Assembly (NCBI GenBank): GCA_963785335.1
Contig: CAWAUW010000002.1
Location: forward strand, 6,820-70,819
Origin: an uncultured Chlamydiales bacterium
Lineage (GTDB): Bacteria > Chlamydiota > Chlamydiia > Chlamydiales > FEN-1388
Length of the DNA stretch: 64,000 bases
Reading direction: 5' to 3'
A program made the translations under genes and the position numbers. Of this stretch, positions 1 through 9,397 are shown piece by piece; the first letter of the stretch is position 1, and each line of letters begins with the position of its first letter. The notes under the pieces are model-generated. The model saw only the letters and a list, made by a program, of their open reading frames with translations, was not told where the DNA came from and ran no database searches.

Positions 1-975
1 AAAGAAGATACTGCCTATGAAGTGCCTCTTCGTCCGCAAAACCTCGAGCATTTTATTGGTCAGGATAATGTCCGCGATCAAATGAGCGTGTTAATTGAAG
101 CTGCTAAAGCGCGAAAAGAACCTTTAGGACATATACTTTTTTGCGGTCCACCTGGCCTTGGAAAAACTACACTTTCGCATATCATTGCTACAAGTATGGG
201 ATCTAGCATTACCATCACATCTGGCCCAGTCATAGAAAAAGCAGGGGATTTAGCAGGAATTTTAACTAAGCTAAAAGAAGGCGATGTCCTGTTTATCGAT
301 GAAATTCATGCACTCAATAGAACTATCGAAGAGTATTTATATCCTGCTATGGAGGACTTTGCGCTAGACTTAGTAATTGATTCTGGCACATCAGCTCGCA
401 GCGTAAAAGTAAAACTTAATCGATTTACCCTTGTCGGTGCAACAACGCGCTTGGGACTACTTTCTGCACCTCTTAGATCGCGCTTTGGCAATAGCATGAG
501 ACTTGATTATTATTCACCGCAAACTATCGAACAGATACTTACTAGATCAAGCAATATTTTAAATATGAAAACTGATAGTGATACCCTTAAAGAAATTGCT
601 AACCGCTCGCGTGGAACACCACGCATTGCCAACAGTCTCTTACGCTGGGTACGTGATTATACGCAAATTAAAGCAAACGGCCAAGCTTCAAGAAAGGTCA
701 CCCAAGATGCGCTAAAAATGATTTCAATTGATGAGCGCGGCCTTGATGAAATGGATGGCAAAATTTTGCGAGTTCTCATAGATCATTATCAAGGCGGTCC
801 TGTAGGCATTCAAACACTGGCTGTGGCCGTGGGAGAAGAGCCTCATACGCTTGAAGAAGTTCATGAGCCCTTTTTAATTATGCAAGGGCTCATAAAACGC
901 ACTGCCAGAGGGCGTGAAGCTACTACACAGGCCTACCAACATCTTGGCAGGCCTATTCCAAATGCACTTACTTGA
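1..975 (+). CDS. ruvB: Holliday junction branch-migration helicase RuvB; 5' end runs off the window
   Basis: Walker A GPPGLGKTT, Walker B DVLFIDEIH and RuvB-type C-terminal region are present. The frame stays open back to base 1 (KEDTAYEVPLRP), so the GTG at 22 is only the ORF-caller start. Confidence 0.95.
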   Translation, partial: KEDTAYEVPLRPQNLEHFIGQDNVRDQMSVLIEAAKARKEPLGHILFCGPPGLGKTTLSHIIATSMGSSITITSGPVIEKAGDLAGILTKLKEGDVLFIDEIHALNRTIEEYLYPAMEDFALDLVIDSGTSARSVKVKLNRFTLVGATTRLGLLSAPLRSRFGNSMRLDYYSPQTIEQILTRSSNILNMKTDSDTLKEIANRSRGTPRIANSLLRWVRDYTQIKANGQASRKVTQDALKMISIDERGLDEMDGKILRVLIDHYQGGPVGIQTLAVAVGEEPHTLEEVHEPFLIMQGLIKRTARGREATTQAYQHLGRPIPNALT

Positions 976-986
976 GGTATAAAACC

Positions 987-1811
987 ATGCGAAAGCTATT
1001 ATTTTCTCTTCTATTAGGATTTTCTTGCCAACTTACAGCTGATGTAACAGCTGAAGGCCAAAAGGTGCTAGATGAGCTTAGAGATCGCTTTTCTAGTCCA
1101 ACCATTCGCGTTCAGCTTATGAGCGATGTGGAAGGCTCACAAGTCGAAGTAAAAGGCGCTTATAATGTGTATGATCCTCGTACAGGTAAAAAACTTGATA
1201 CGGCATATATAAGCTCCAGTTACTACATGTACCCAACTGTTGAAGGTATAAAATGGGGTCAAGAATTTCCTGGCATCTATCAGGTAGTGATTGTTCCAGA
1301 CAAACTTGATACTACACTTCTTGTTAGCGGCACAGAATACCGGGGAATGGCCTACCTTTATCAAATTAAAGGAACACTTGGTGCTGTTAACGAAGTATCG
1401 CTTGAAGAATTTGTAGCATCCATACTCAGCACTCATGTGCCGACGGATATCACCGAAAAAGAAGCATTGGCTGCCCTTGCCATTGCTCTTCGGACCGAAG
1501 CTGTATACTGGCTTGCCATTGCAAGTAATCCTTACTGGGATGTAAAAGCTGGCACAGTTGGCTATCGCGGTGCAGCAATTGAACGTCATGATGAAGCTTT
1601 TGATGAGGCCTTAAAAACATCAAAAGATCTTATCATGAAAAAAATGGGGACTGATGATTTAGTTTCTGTTCGCTGGTTTTCTGCAGGAGAAACTATGGCG
1701 CCCGTGCATGAAATGCAAAAACTTGCTCAAGAAGGTAAAGATGCCCGAGCAATTTTAGAGAGGGTATTTGGAGAGATGCAAATAGTGAAAACTAGCCATT
1801 TCAAAAAATAG
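987..1811 (+). CDS. spoIID: SpoIID/LytB-domain peptidoglycan-remodelling protein with signal peptide
   Basis: The ATG at 987 gives MRKLLFSLLLGFSCQLTA, a signal peptide. The SpoIID-type core is EEFVASILSTHVP...EALAALAIALRTEAVYW. The TTG at 972 is a less likely start. Confidence 0.8.
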   Translation: MRKLLFSLLLGFSCQLTADVTAEGQKVLDELRDRFSSPTIRVQLMSDVEGSQVEVKGAYNVYDPRTGKKLDTAYISSSYYMYPTVEGIKWGQEFPGIYQVVIVPDKLDTTLLVSGTEYRGMAYLYQIKGTLGAVNEVSLEEFVASILSTHVPTDITEKEALAALAIALRTEAVYWLAIASNPYWDVKAGTVGYRGAAIERHDEAFDEALKTSKDLIMKKMGTDDLVSVRWFSAGETMAPVHEMQKLAQEGKDARAILERVFGEMQIVKTSHFKK

Positions 1812-1860
1812 TTGCAAATTATATTAAATTTTAGTTTAATATAAATAGAGATTGTTATTC

Positions 1861-1964
1861 GGCTCTGTTCCTTGTTCTCGTTTCTCGAGACCCGCTAGTT
1901 GTACTATCTGCTTTTCTGCAGTACTACCTCTAGTGACGACACTAAAGGAACAGAGCCTTTTTTT
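1861..1964 (+). terminator. Long-range stem (GGCTCTGTTCCTT / AAGGAACAGAGCC) closing a ~70-nt interior, followed by a T7 run; terminator or small structured RNA
   Basis: 13-nt arms lie at 1861-1873 and 1945-1957, followed by TTTTTTT at 1958-1964. It sits downstream of spoIID, and the T-run overlaps the stop of the convergent gene. Confidence 0.5.
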
Positions 1965-2502
1965 AGCCTATCTCGGGCGTTTTTTCAACACAGCCAATAG
2001 TAATCTCCCTAAGAGCTGCATATTGATTTTCTGTAAGAAGATTAGCTTCTTTTAAGCGCTCAAGAGACTGAAGTTTGCTTTGAAGTGTATGTTCATTCAG
2101 CCTCTCAGACTCATCAATTGCTTCACCAGCAGAAAGAGGTCGTAAAGTAACAACGAGATTATCTGGTTTTAAATCCCAGGCACATCCTGAGGCATTATCA
2201 ATTACCGTGCCTAAAATTCCAAATCCAATTATATTGCCGGCTTCTGCGCCGCTTAAAACATGCGTAACTTTAACTTTTTCGGTTTTATAGCCTTCTTTGG
2301 TGATTGTAAGCTCATAGTCGTGATTTCTATTTAATACCAAAGTTGATGGAGTAAGCTGAGCAATATTTTCACTAGAAACAGCAACTGCTGCTCCTGGCGG
2401 GTCGGTTGTGACGGGCACTGTATCAGTGGGCCCATTAAAAAGCGTGGCACAGCCTGTACAAAGTAAAGCTAAAAGTGGTAAATACCGTATATTTTGTTTC
2501 AT
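1963..2502 (-). CDS. PEGA-domain lipoprotein with SHOCT-like C-terminus
   Basis: Lipobox LLALLCTGC. PEGA-like segment: TTDPPGAAVAV...TPSTLVL..HDYELTITKEGYKTEKVKV. The C-terminal LERLKEANLLTENQYAALRE resembles a SHOCT motif. Confidence 0.7.
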   Translation of the reverse strand: MKQNIRYLPLLALLCTGCATLFNGPTDTVPVTTDPPGAAVAVSSENIAQLTPSTLVLNRNHDYELTITKEGYKTEKVKVTHVLSGAEAGNIIGFGILGTVIDNASGCAWDLKPDNLVVTLRPLSAGEAIDESERLNEHTLQSKLQSLERLKEANLLTENQYAALREITIGCVEKTPEIG

Positions 2503-2566
2503 ATCCGATCTATACCAATTAAAAAATTAAATATAAATAACTTTTTGATAATACTGTATTATTATT

Positions 2567-2753
2567 GACCGCAGGTCCCTGGAGTGCGGGTGCAGGTATG
2601 CACCGCTCTTAGATTTGTCACAAACCTTAGCCTGAATATTACCAAAGCAAAAAACAGTCTTTACCGTACGCTTGAAGGATTTTTACGTGCAGTTGTGTGA
2701 TAAATCTAAGAGCGGTGCATAACTGCACCCGCACTCCAGAGAGACCTTCTGTC
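2567..2753. repeat. Palindromic MITE/REP-like element, family A copy 1
   Basis: It has ~50-nt terminal inverted repeats, GACCGCAGGTCCCTGGAGTGCGGGTGCAGGTATGCACCGCTCTTAGATTT and its complement. Related copies are at 18742 and 50351. The right end abuts the stop codon at 2754. Confidence 0.9.
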
Positions 2754-4508
2754 TCAAAGCGAGGCGCGCATGAGGAGACCTGCAAGGGTATAACGATTAT
2801 GCACATTGCCATTACGTATTACCTTCAGCAGCGCTTCGATGCCCTTTTCGTCTTGTCTTTGAGCAAGTGCTTCAAAAGACTCAATTAATAGTGCGCAAGA
2901 CTCTTCAAGACTAAGTTGATAACGCAACGCTTGCACATCCTCGTCTTGCCTCATTTTCCAGGGTAGCACAGGCCGGGCTCTAAATACTTCTTTATCTTCG
3001 TGCTTTTCTACGATTCTTAAAATCGTTTCGGCATAAGGACCTGGCTGTTGCAGGCGATAAAGTCCCAAACAGCACCAAGCACGAATAAGGGGAGCGCCGA
3101 GTCGCTGCTCTTGGCTTTTAAGAAGCCCAATAGCCTTTTCAGAGCGCAAATTTTCAAGAAGCCGCACTGTGAGTGGGACTAAATCATATTGATTATTTAA
3201 AAAAATTGCTTCGGCAAGATCTATAAAATCATCTTCGGCAAGCTCTAGGGCGGCTATGAGCAGCTGTTCTCGAAGGCGCAGAGATATTTCAAAAAACTGA
3301 GGCTGTTTTTCTAACACTTGTAGAGAACTTGCCGTTACTTTCCAGCATGTAAGTGACCCGCCATGTGATGTAATAGGCTGAAATGTGTAATCGGCATGCG
3401 AGTCAATTAATATATCAGCAATACCATGCATACAGCGGCTATCTCTTCGTTGCAGTAAGGAAATAGCTGCATTTGTGCGCACATGTACATCGGGATGCTC
3501 TAAAAGCTCAACTAAAACAAGATCATCTCCATCTAAACTACCAAGTGCATTTATTGCAAAGCAATCACCCATCTTAGCAGCTTCTACGATGCAGCTTTTG
3601 GCAGTTAGCGACCCTAAAGCATGTAAAGCTTTAAGGGCAGCAAGTCTAACAGACGCGTTATGTGACAAGGCAAGTTTTTGCAAAAGCTCACGTGAGGTTT
3701 CATCACCAAAACACCCCAGTGCAAAAGCACAGGCCTCTTGCTGAACTGTGGAAGGCTCCTTAGCGAGAATACGGATGTCTTCGATATATTCATCTCGTCC
3801 AAAGCTTGCCATAGCAAGTATTGCCTCACGTCTTACTGCTTCATTTTGATCATAGGCTTGGCGTTTTAGCTCAAGTAGTGAGCTATGAGAGCCTTCCATC
3901 GCAAAAAGCCTGCAAAAAAGCTCGTGCATTTCAGGCTCTAGCTTTGACATAAGAGAGACAAGCTGCCCATAGGCATCACGGGAGCGCTTTTGTGCAAGCC
4001 AATATGCAGCTTCAAGGCGCACAATTAAGTAATCTGATCTCATAGCACGCTCTAATATTTCAGCGGCAACTTCTGTATCAAAAGAAGCTAGCACTGATAC
4101 AGCAACCAGCTGCAGCTGGGGCTCACCGTAACGAAGAGCGTTTTCAGCAATCACAAGCGATCGATCATCTTGGGAAATTCCTACACCATACAAACACGTT
4201 AAAAGATCTTGTGGATCACGACTTTTAGATCCTTGCTCAAGCAGGGCAAGGCCAAGTTTTTCTAGAGTGCCTTCATGAAATACATAAGCATCTTGGCTTT
4301 TTAAAGCTAAAAGAGCATCGATTGCCTCTTGGATTTTTCCTGATTGAATCATGTACAAAAGATGTGAAACTTTATTTTGACTAAAAGATGCCTCGTTTGT
4401 CTTTACAGTAGCTGGCAGTTCATGCTCTTTTTGGATCTGTCCTTCATCTACTGTATGATTAACACAAGAAGCGGCCATTAAAACAGAAAGCAGCATGATT
4501 TTTTTCAT
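2754..4508 (-). CDS. HEAT/PBS-lyase-like repeat lipoprotein
   Basis: Signal peptide and lipobox LMAASC. Recurrent HEAT-like units: VRLEAAYWLAQ, VRREAILAMASFG, VRLAALKALHALG, VRTNAAISLLQ. Confidence 0.7.
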   Translation of the reverse strand: MKKIMLLSVLMAASCVNHTVDEGQIQKEHELPATVKTNEASFSQNKVSHLLYMIQSGKIQEAIDALLALKSQDAYVFHEGTLEKLGLALLEQGSKSRDPQDLLTCLYGVGISQDDRSLVIAENALRYGEPQLQLVAVSVLASFDTEVAAEILERAMRSDYLIVRLEAAYWLAQKRSRDAYGQLVSLMSKLEPEMHELFCRLFAMEGSHSSLLELKRQAYDQNEAVRREAILAMASFGRDEYIEDIRILAKEPSTVQQEACAFALGCFGDETSRELLQKLALSHNASVRLAALKALHALGSLTAKSCIVEAAKMGDCFAINALGSLDGDDLVLVELLEHPDVHVRTNAAISLLQRRDSRCMHGIADILIDSHADYTFQPITSHGGSLTCWKVTASSLQVLEKQPQFFEISLRLREQLLIAALELAEDDFIDLAEAIFLNNQYDLVPLTVRLLENLRSEKAIGLLKSQEQRLGAPLIRAWCCLGLYRLQQPGPYAETILRIVEKHEDKEVFRARPVLPWKMRQDEDVQALRYQLSLEESCALLIESFEALAQRQDEKGIEALLKVIRNGNVHNRYTLAGLLMRASL

Positions 4509-4510
4509 AG

Positions 4511-5104
4511 CTACCCTAATTCTTTAATATAGTCCCAGAGATCTATTCCAACCTCTTTAAGGACTAATCGCAAAGCATTTATAGGCAGTCCCATAACATT
4601 GTAGTAGCATCCTTCAATTCGCCTCACAAGTATAGAGCCGCTTTTTTGTATGGCGTAGCTGCCTGCTTTATCATACAAAGCATGTACTCGCATGTAACGA
4701 TGAAGCTCATCGGGGGTCAGTGTATTACATAATACTTTAGTTTCTTCTTCTTCGCAGTAAAACTTCCCATCTTTATAGCATGCTAAAGCCGTAATTACTG
4801 AATGCCACCTTCCACACAGGCGACTGAGCATCTCTCTTGATTCATTTTCGTTTAAAGGCTTTCCAAGAGATAAACCATCTATAGCAACTACAGTATCGGC
4901 TGTTAGAATAATGTCATTGGGAAAGTCTTGTGCCAACGATTTTGCTTTTGCCAGTGCTAGATCGCGCGCAAGGCTTGCTGCATCGCCTTTATAGGCAATA
5001 CTATCTTCATCAAAATTTGATGCCACCTGGCGAAAAGGCAACGAAAAAAAATTCATGATTTCAACACGGCGCGGTGAGTGGGACCCTAAAATAATTTCTT
5101 TCAT
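4511..5104 (-). CDS. maf: Maf-family nucleoside triphosphate pyrophosphatase
   Basis: MKEIILGSHSPRR...TADTVV...KAGSYAIQ motifs. The start at 5104 overlaps the ubiE stop; the ORF-track start at 5167 lies inside ubiE. Confidence 0.9.
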   Translation of the reverse strand: MKEIILGSHSPRRVEIMNFFSLPFRQVASNFDEDSIAYKGDAASLARDLALAKAKSLAQDFPNDIILTADTVVAIDGLSLGKPLNENESREMLSRLCGRWHSVITALACYKDGKFYCEEEETKVLCNTLTPDELHRYMRVHALYDKAGSYAIQKSGSILVRRIEGCYYNVMGLPINALRLVLKEVGIDLWDYIKELG

Positions 5105-5802
5105 ATTTTTTTCGCATAAAATAATGTGGCGATGCCAAATGTTTGAGGGACAACTGTAATTTGGCAAAAGCCAGCATTCTCAAGTTCTTTTACAATCTGT
5201 TCAGGAGCAACAAATGTCTCAATGCTTGCGCAAAGATATTTATAGGCATCTTCATTCGAAGTAATAAAGCGTCCAACAAGCGGTACCATAGTTCGCAAGT
5301 ACATTCTGTGCAGCATATTAAAAGTGCGCCCCTGCGGACGCGTAAGCTCAACTATAGCGAGAGTAGCATTATTTTTTAGTACGCGATATAGCTCGCTAAA
5401 GGCCGCGGCTCTATTTTGAATATTACGTATGCCATAAGCACAAGTAGCCGCATCAAAGCTGCTATTTTCAAATGCAAGTGCCTCTGCATTTGCTTGTAAA
5501 AAGTTTACGTTACCACATGCAAGACGTTTTTTTGCAATTTGCAGCATCTCTTCGGAAAAATCTACTAAGTAATATTCGGCAGCTTTATTCTTTTGCATCA
5601 TACGCTTTGCAATTTCTCCGGTACCGCAGCAAAGATCAAGAATGGTTTTGGGATTATTTTGCAAAGCCTGAGTCACCAGAGCTCTATTCCATAATCTATG
5701 CAGATTACCAGAGAGAACAGCATTGCCCAAATCATATCGTGGGGCTATGCTGTCAAAAAGAGATTGAATAGTTGAAGGATTGGATTTATCATATTTAGTC
5801 AT
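5101..5802 (-). CDS. ubiE: Demethylmenaquinone/ubiquinone C-methyltransferase UbiE/MenG
   Basis: Typical UbiE N-terminus (FDSIAPRYDLGN) and SAM motif I ILDLCCGTGE. Confidence 0.9.
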   Translation of the reverse strand: MTKYDKSNPSTIQSLFDSIAPRYDLGNAVLSGNLHRLWNRALVTQALQNNPKTILDLCCGTGEIAKRMMQKNKAAEYYLVDFSEEMLQIAKKRLACGNVNFLQANAEALAFENSSFDAATCAYGIRNIQNRAAAFSELYRVLKNNATLAIVELTRPQGRTFNMLHRMYLRTMVPLVGRFITSNEDAYKYLCASIETFVAPEQIVKELENAGFCQITVVPQTFGIATLFYAKKI

Positions 5803-5805
5803 AAT

Positions 5806-6588
5806 TCACACTTTCCCATGAAGCATTGCAAAATGCTCAAGGCCGCCAAAGTGGCTAGAATCTAAATAGTAATCTAAGTCTTTATAGTAGTCTTTAAGGG
5901 TGGTTATTTCAAGTCCGGTTCTTGCCTTGGCAGATGCCAAAGTTTCAGAAAAATTGGCTGTAGAATAATCGTAGGCCGCCACAAGCTTTTGGTGAAATTC
6001 GCGAACTTCATCAGGCCACTGCATCCATGCATCAACACGCGTTGCAAAAACCGCAAAAACAAAAGGTTTTTGGGTAAAGTTATACCACTCTTTGGCAAGA
6101 TCGTACACTTTGAGGCCATCTGTGCCCTTTGCCATTAAACATTCATCTCCAATAACTAATGCTGCATCAAATGAGCTCAAAAGATCTTTAAGAGGCTGTC
6201 CTGGCGCTACTTCTATAAAATCAGCAGTGATATTCCAGTAATGCTTACAAAGTACTTTCAGAAGCATAAATGAAGTGGCACTAACATCTGTGATGCAAAT
6301 GCGTTTACCATTAAGTTTTGAAACGTCGATTTTGCTAAATAAACATACGCTTTTTACAGACCTTGTAGCCCCTATACCTAGGTTTGTAAGCAGGACATAG
6401 CGTTCGCGATCTTGTATAAAGGTGGCACTTGAGACAAGGCCAATATCAACTTTTGCCTCTTGCAGCTGCTTGTTGACGGTTGTAGGGGAGCCAAATGAAA
6501 AAACACCCGAGAAGTCGATACGCTTTTCAATAAAGGGATTGAAAAAAGGAAGGGCGTTTATGAATGACAGCGCACCAATTTTAATCAT
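5806..6588 (-). CDS. MqnA/MqnD-family futalosine-pathway menaquinone biosynthesis protein
   Basis: The N-terminus IKIGALSFINALPFF...VDIGLVSS is typical of the VitK2_biosynth (MqnA/MqnD) fold. It lies between a radical-SAM mqn gene and ubiE. Confidence 0.8.
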   Translation of the reverse strand: MIKIGALSFINALPFFNPFIEKRIDFSGVFSFGSPTTVNKQLQEAKVDIGLVSSATFIQDRERYVLLTNLGIGATRSVKSVCLFSKIDVSKLNGKRICITDVSATSFMLLKVLCKHYWNITADFIEVAPGQPLKDLLSSFDAALVIGDECLMAKGTDGLKVYDLAKEWYNFTQKPFVFAVFATRVDAWMQWPDEVREFHQKLVAAYDYSTANFSETLASAKARTGLEITTLKDYYKDLDYYLDSSHFGGLEHFAMLHGKV

Positions 6589-6643
6589 TTACTAATTCAA
6601 TCACGCATCTTTATATGTATCAATGACTTACATATCAGTTATT

Positions 6644-7780
6644 TCAAACAACCACTAATCGGCAGTCATCTTGGCAATAATCATAACCGGAATGAATTTT
6701 TTTTGGTATACGTCCCGCACTAGAAATTACATTTTCTAGCACTGCATTAGTCATTTGAACTTTAATTCCACCAGCCATAACAATAATTTTTTCTTCAAGA
6801 GACGTTGCGGCAATGTCATTTGCACCCCAACGCAAAATTTCTTTAGCCTCATCTATTCCTACATAATTCCATAACACTTTGATGTTACGCACGTTATCAA
6901 GCATTAAGCGACTTATGGCATATATACGTCGGATATCTTTGGGTTTTAGCCTATCTTTACGTTTGCCAAGGGCATTATTTTCTACATGAAATTTTAAGGG
7001 CACAAAAGTCTGAAAGCCGCCGGTTTCATCTTGCAAATTACGTATACTTTCTAGGTGAGTGACAATATGCTCAGGCTCTTCGATGTGGCCAAAAAGCATT
7101 GTCACATTAGAGCGGAGGCCCTTTTGGTGGGCAATTTTATGAATTTGCAAATACTCATCTGATGTAATTTTTCCGGGCGCAATTTTTTTGCGTATTTCTT
7201 CGACCAAAATTTCCGCGCCACCTCCCGGAAGCGATCCAAGGCCCCATGACATCATGCGATCAAATACCTCTTCCACCGTAATACCATGAAGACGTGCCAG
7301 AAAATCATACTCTACCGGCGTCAAAGCTTTAATGTGCAAGTTGCTATCAATAGACTTAATGCGCGTAAATACATCTTGGTAATAATCGAGGTTGCAGTCT
7401 CTCCAAAGACCACCTACAATGTGGATTTCAGTAAGATCTTTGTCTAAATTTGCACGAACACTCTCTTCAATTTGTTCAGGCGTTGTAAACCATGCGTTTT
7501 TCCAGCCTGGTTTTGCATAAAATGAACAAAGCGGACAGTTAAGCTCGCATAAGTTTGTGGGGTGTACATAGAGCGTTGAAGCATAATAGACTACATCACC
7601 TAGTTTTTCATTTCGTCTGTAATCTGCAAGTATTCGTACGGCCTCAAGATGTTCGGTATTCAGCAAAATAAGTGCATCATCAGCAGAAAGTCTTTTTGCA
7701 TCTAAAACCTTTTGAGCTATATCTAAAAGGGCATCTGGCATTTTCCTAAGAAGTATATCGCGGGGGGAAGCTATAGTCAT
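6644..7780 (-). CDS. Radical SAM menaquinone biosynthesis enzyme, MqnC/MqnE family
   Basis: CxxxCxxC cluster motif CELNCPLCSF, about 378 aa, in a futalosine gene context. Confidence 0.85.
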   Translation of the reverse strand: MTIASPRDILLRKMPDALLDIAQKVLDAKRLSADDALILLNTEHLEAVRILADYRRNEKLGDVVYYASTLYVHPTNLCELNCPLCSFYAKPGWKNAWFTTPEQIEESVRANLDKDLTEIHIVGGLWRDCNLDYYQDVFTRIKSIDSNLHIKALTPVEYDFLARLHGITVEEVFDRMMSWGLGSLPGGGAEILVEEIRKKIAPGKITSDEYLQIHKIAHQKGLRSNVTMLFGHIEEPEHIVTHLESIRNLQDETGGFQTFVPLKFHVENNALGKRKDRLKPKDIRRIYAISRLMLDNVRNIKVLWNYVGIDEAKEILRWGANDIAATSLEEKIIVMAGGIKVQMTNAVLENVISSAGRIPKKIHSGYDYCQDDCRLVVV

Positions 7781-7838
7781 GTTTCACCATTTTCTTGCTA
7801 GACTACTCAAGAAATGTCTTTTTTGGTATCAAGATTGT

Positions 7839-8924
7839 ATGACAATATGCTTCATAAATGCTCAAATTTTTCAGCCTGAAGGGTTTATTAGCGGTGAGCT
7901 CTACGTAAAAAATGGCAAAATCATTGCTCCTGAGGCGGCCGATAAGGTGTATGATTGCCAAAACATGTTCCTTTGTCCCGGTCTTATTGACCTTCAGGTA
8001 AATGGCATTGCCGGACATGATTTTACAACGAGTCTTGATTCATTAAGTGATAGCTGCTCGCTGCTTTCTGGCTACGGTGTAACTAGCTTTTTGGCGACTA
8101 TCGTAAGTCAGCCCCTACGGCGCTACAAAGATATTATAAAAAATTTTAAGCCGCAAGAAAACTGCATAGGCCTGCATTTAGAAGGCCCTCATATCAACCC
8201 CAAACGAAGGGGAGCGCATCCATTTAATGCTATTGTCGAAGAGTGCGCGGTAGATTTTTGGCAAGAAATAGCCGATCCTTCCAAAATCAAAATGGTAACA
8301 CTAGCACCCGAGTGCCGCGGCAGTGCAGAGCTTATTGAACTTCTTTCATCCCGAGGCATTCTGGTTGCCTGTGGTCATTCTCAGGCCACATTTGAAGAAA
8401 TAAACAAAGCAAGAATTCACGGCCTAAGCTTTGCTACACATCTATTTAATGCTATGGAACCATTTCACCAAAGATCTCCAGGCATCATAGGGTATGTTTT
8501 AGGTCACAAAAAGCTTTCCTACTCTCTGATTGTAGATGGCGTACATCTTCATCCTGACACAGTAGCCATGGCCTATAATGCCCATCCTGAGGGCCTTGTG
8601 CTTGTAAGTGATTCAAGTGCAAGAACGCTTGCCGGCCACACTTTAAGCTCGCAAGAAGGCAAAAAAACCCTTTCCGGCACCGATACGATTGCAGGTTCAA
8701 GCTGCACATTACTTGATGCTGTAAACCTGCTTCACCAGCAAACCACCTGCAGTTTCCATCAAGCAATAGCCTGTGCTACCGCAAAACCCGCCGCGCTTTT
8801 AGGCCTTACAACAAAGGGGCGGCTTTTAGAAGGATTTGATGCAGATATCATAGTCCTTGATGAAACAGGATCTTGCTGTAGAACTTTCCTGAGTGGCGTC
8901 CAAACCTACCCAACTAAAAAATAA
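7839..8924 (+). CDS. nagA: N-acetylglucosamine-6-phosphate deacetylase
   Basis: Amidohydrolase motifs GLIDLQVNG, HLEGPHINPKRRGAH, CGHSQAT, THLFNAM. The ATG at 7839 avoids overlap with the divergent gene. Confidence 0.85.
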   Translation: MTICFINAQIFQPEGFISGELYVKNGKIIAPEAADKVYDCQNMFLCPGLIDLQVNGIAGHDFTTSLDSLSDSCSLLSGYGVTSFLATIVSQPLRRYKDIIKNFKPQENCIGLHLEGPHINPKRRGAHPFNAIVEECAVDFWQEIADPSKIKMVTLAPECRGSAELIELLSSRGILVACGHSQATFEEINKARIHGLSFATHLFNAMEPFHQRSPGIIGYVLGHKKLSYSLIVDGVHLHPDTVAMAYNAHPEGLVLVSDSSARTLAGHTLSSQEGKKTLSGTDTIAGSSCTLLDAVNLLHQQTTCSFHQAIACATAKPAALLGLTTKGRLLEGFDADIIVLDETGSCCRTFLSGVQTYPTKK

Positions 8925-8951
8925 ATGACATCGATTAAGAAGATCCATGTT

Positions 8952-9297
8952 GAGATTTTTTTTTACCGCAGAGAAAACAGCCGAGATCGCAGAGAAACGC
9001 AGAGAGAAAGAGAATACAAAATACTGAATAATACAGCTGTCCGACGCCCAATGGACATTATTCGCGAGAATAATGCCCAAAAGGTCAGGCCGCTAAGCGC
9101 GGCAGAAAGCTTGGCCACGTGGGTTTTACTGAGAGGCGAAGCTTTCTGCCGCGCTTAGCGGCGATGCCCCTCTGGGCATTATTTCTCAAAATAATGTCCA
9201 TTCAGCATCCTAAGCATCCGATTTCGCGAAGCGTCTCTGCATTTCTCTCTCTCTCTCTGCGTCCTCGGCTGTTTTCTCTGCGGTAAAAAAAAATCTC
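8952..9297. repeat. 346-bp nested palindromic element, family C copy 1
   Basis: Outer arms are GAGATTTTTTTTTACCGCAGAGAAAACAGCCGAG and its complement. Inner arms are AATGGACATTATTCGCGAGAATAATGCCC and GCCGCTAAGCGCGGCAGAAAGCTT. The core is shared with the element at 53591-54220. It also has (CT)n/(GA)n tracts. Confidence 0.9.
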
Positions 9298-9397
9298 ACC
9301 ATGTATCGGCATTAGCCATAGCCTTTACTTCCTGGCTTTCTATCTCATTTTGTAGTATTCTATTGCTTTATCTTGTTGCTCTATCCATCGGAGAGAT

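Noticed and set aside
1137-1589. Long antisense ORFs inside well-supported genes (e.g. 1137-1589, 21145-21630, 30458-30814, 49307-49663, 3475-3744)
   Set aside because: They overlap, on the opposite strand, genes with clear motif support, and have no independent evidence.
8826-9158. ORFs 8925-9158 (+) and 8826-9080 (-) between nagA and waaA
   Set aside because: They lie within palindromic element family C copy 1 and are repeat-generated reading frames.
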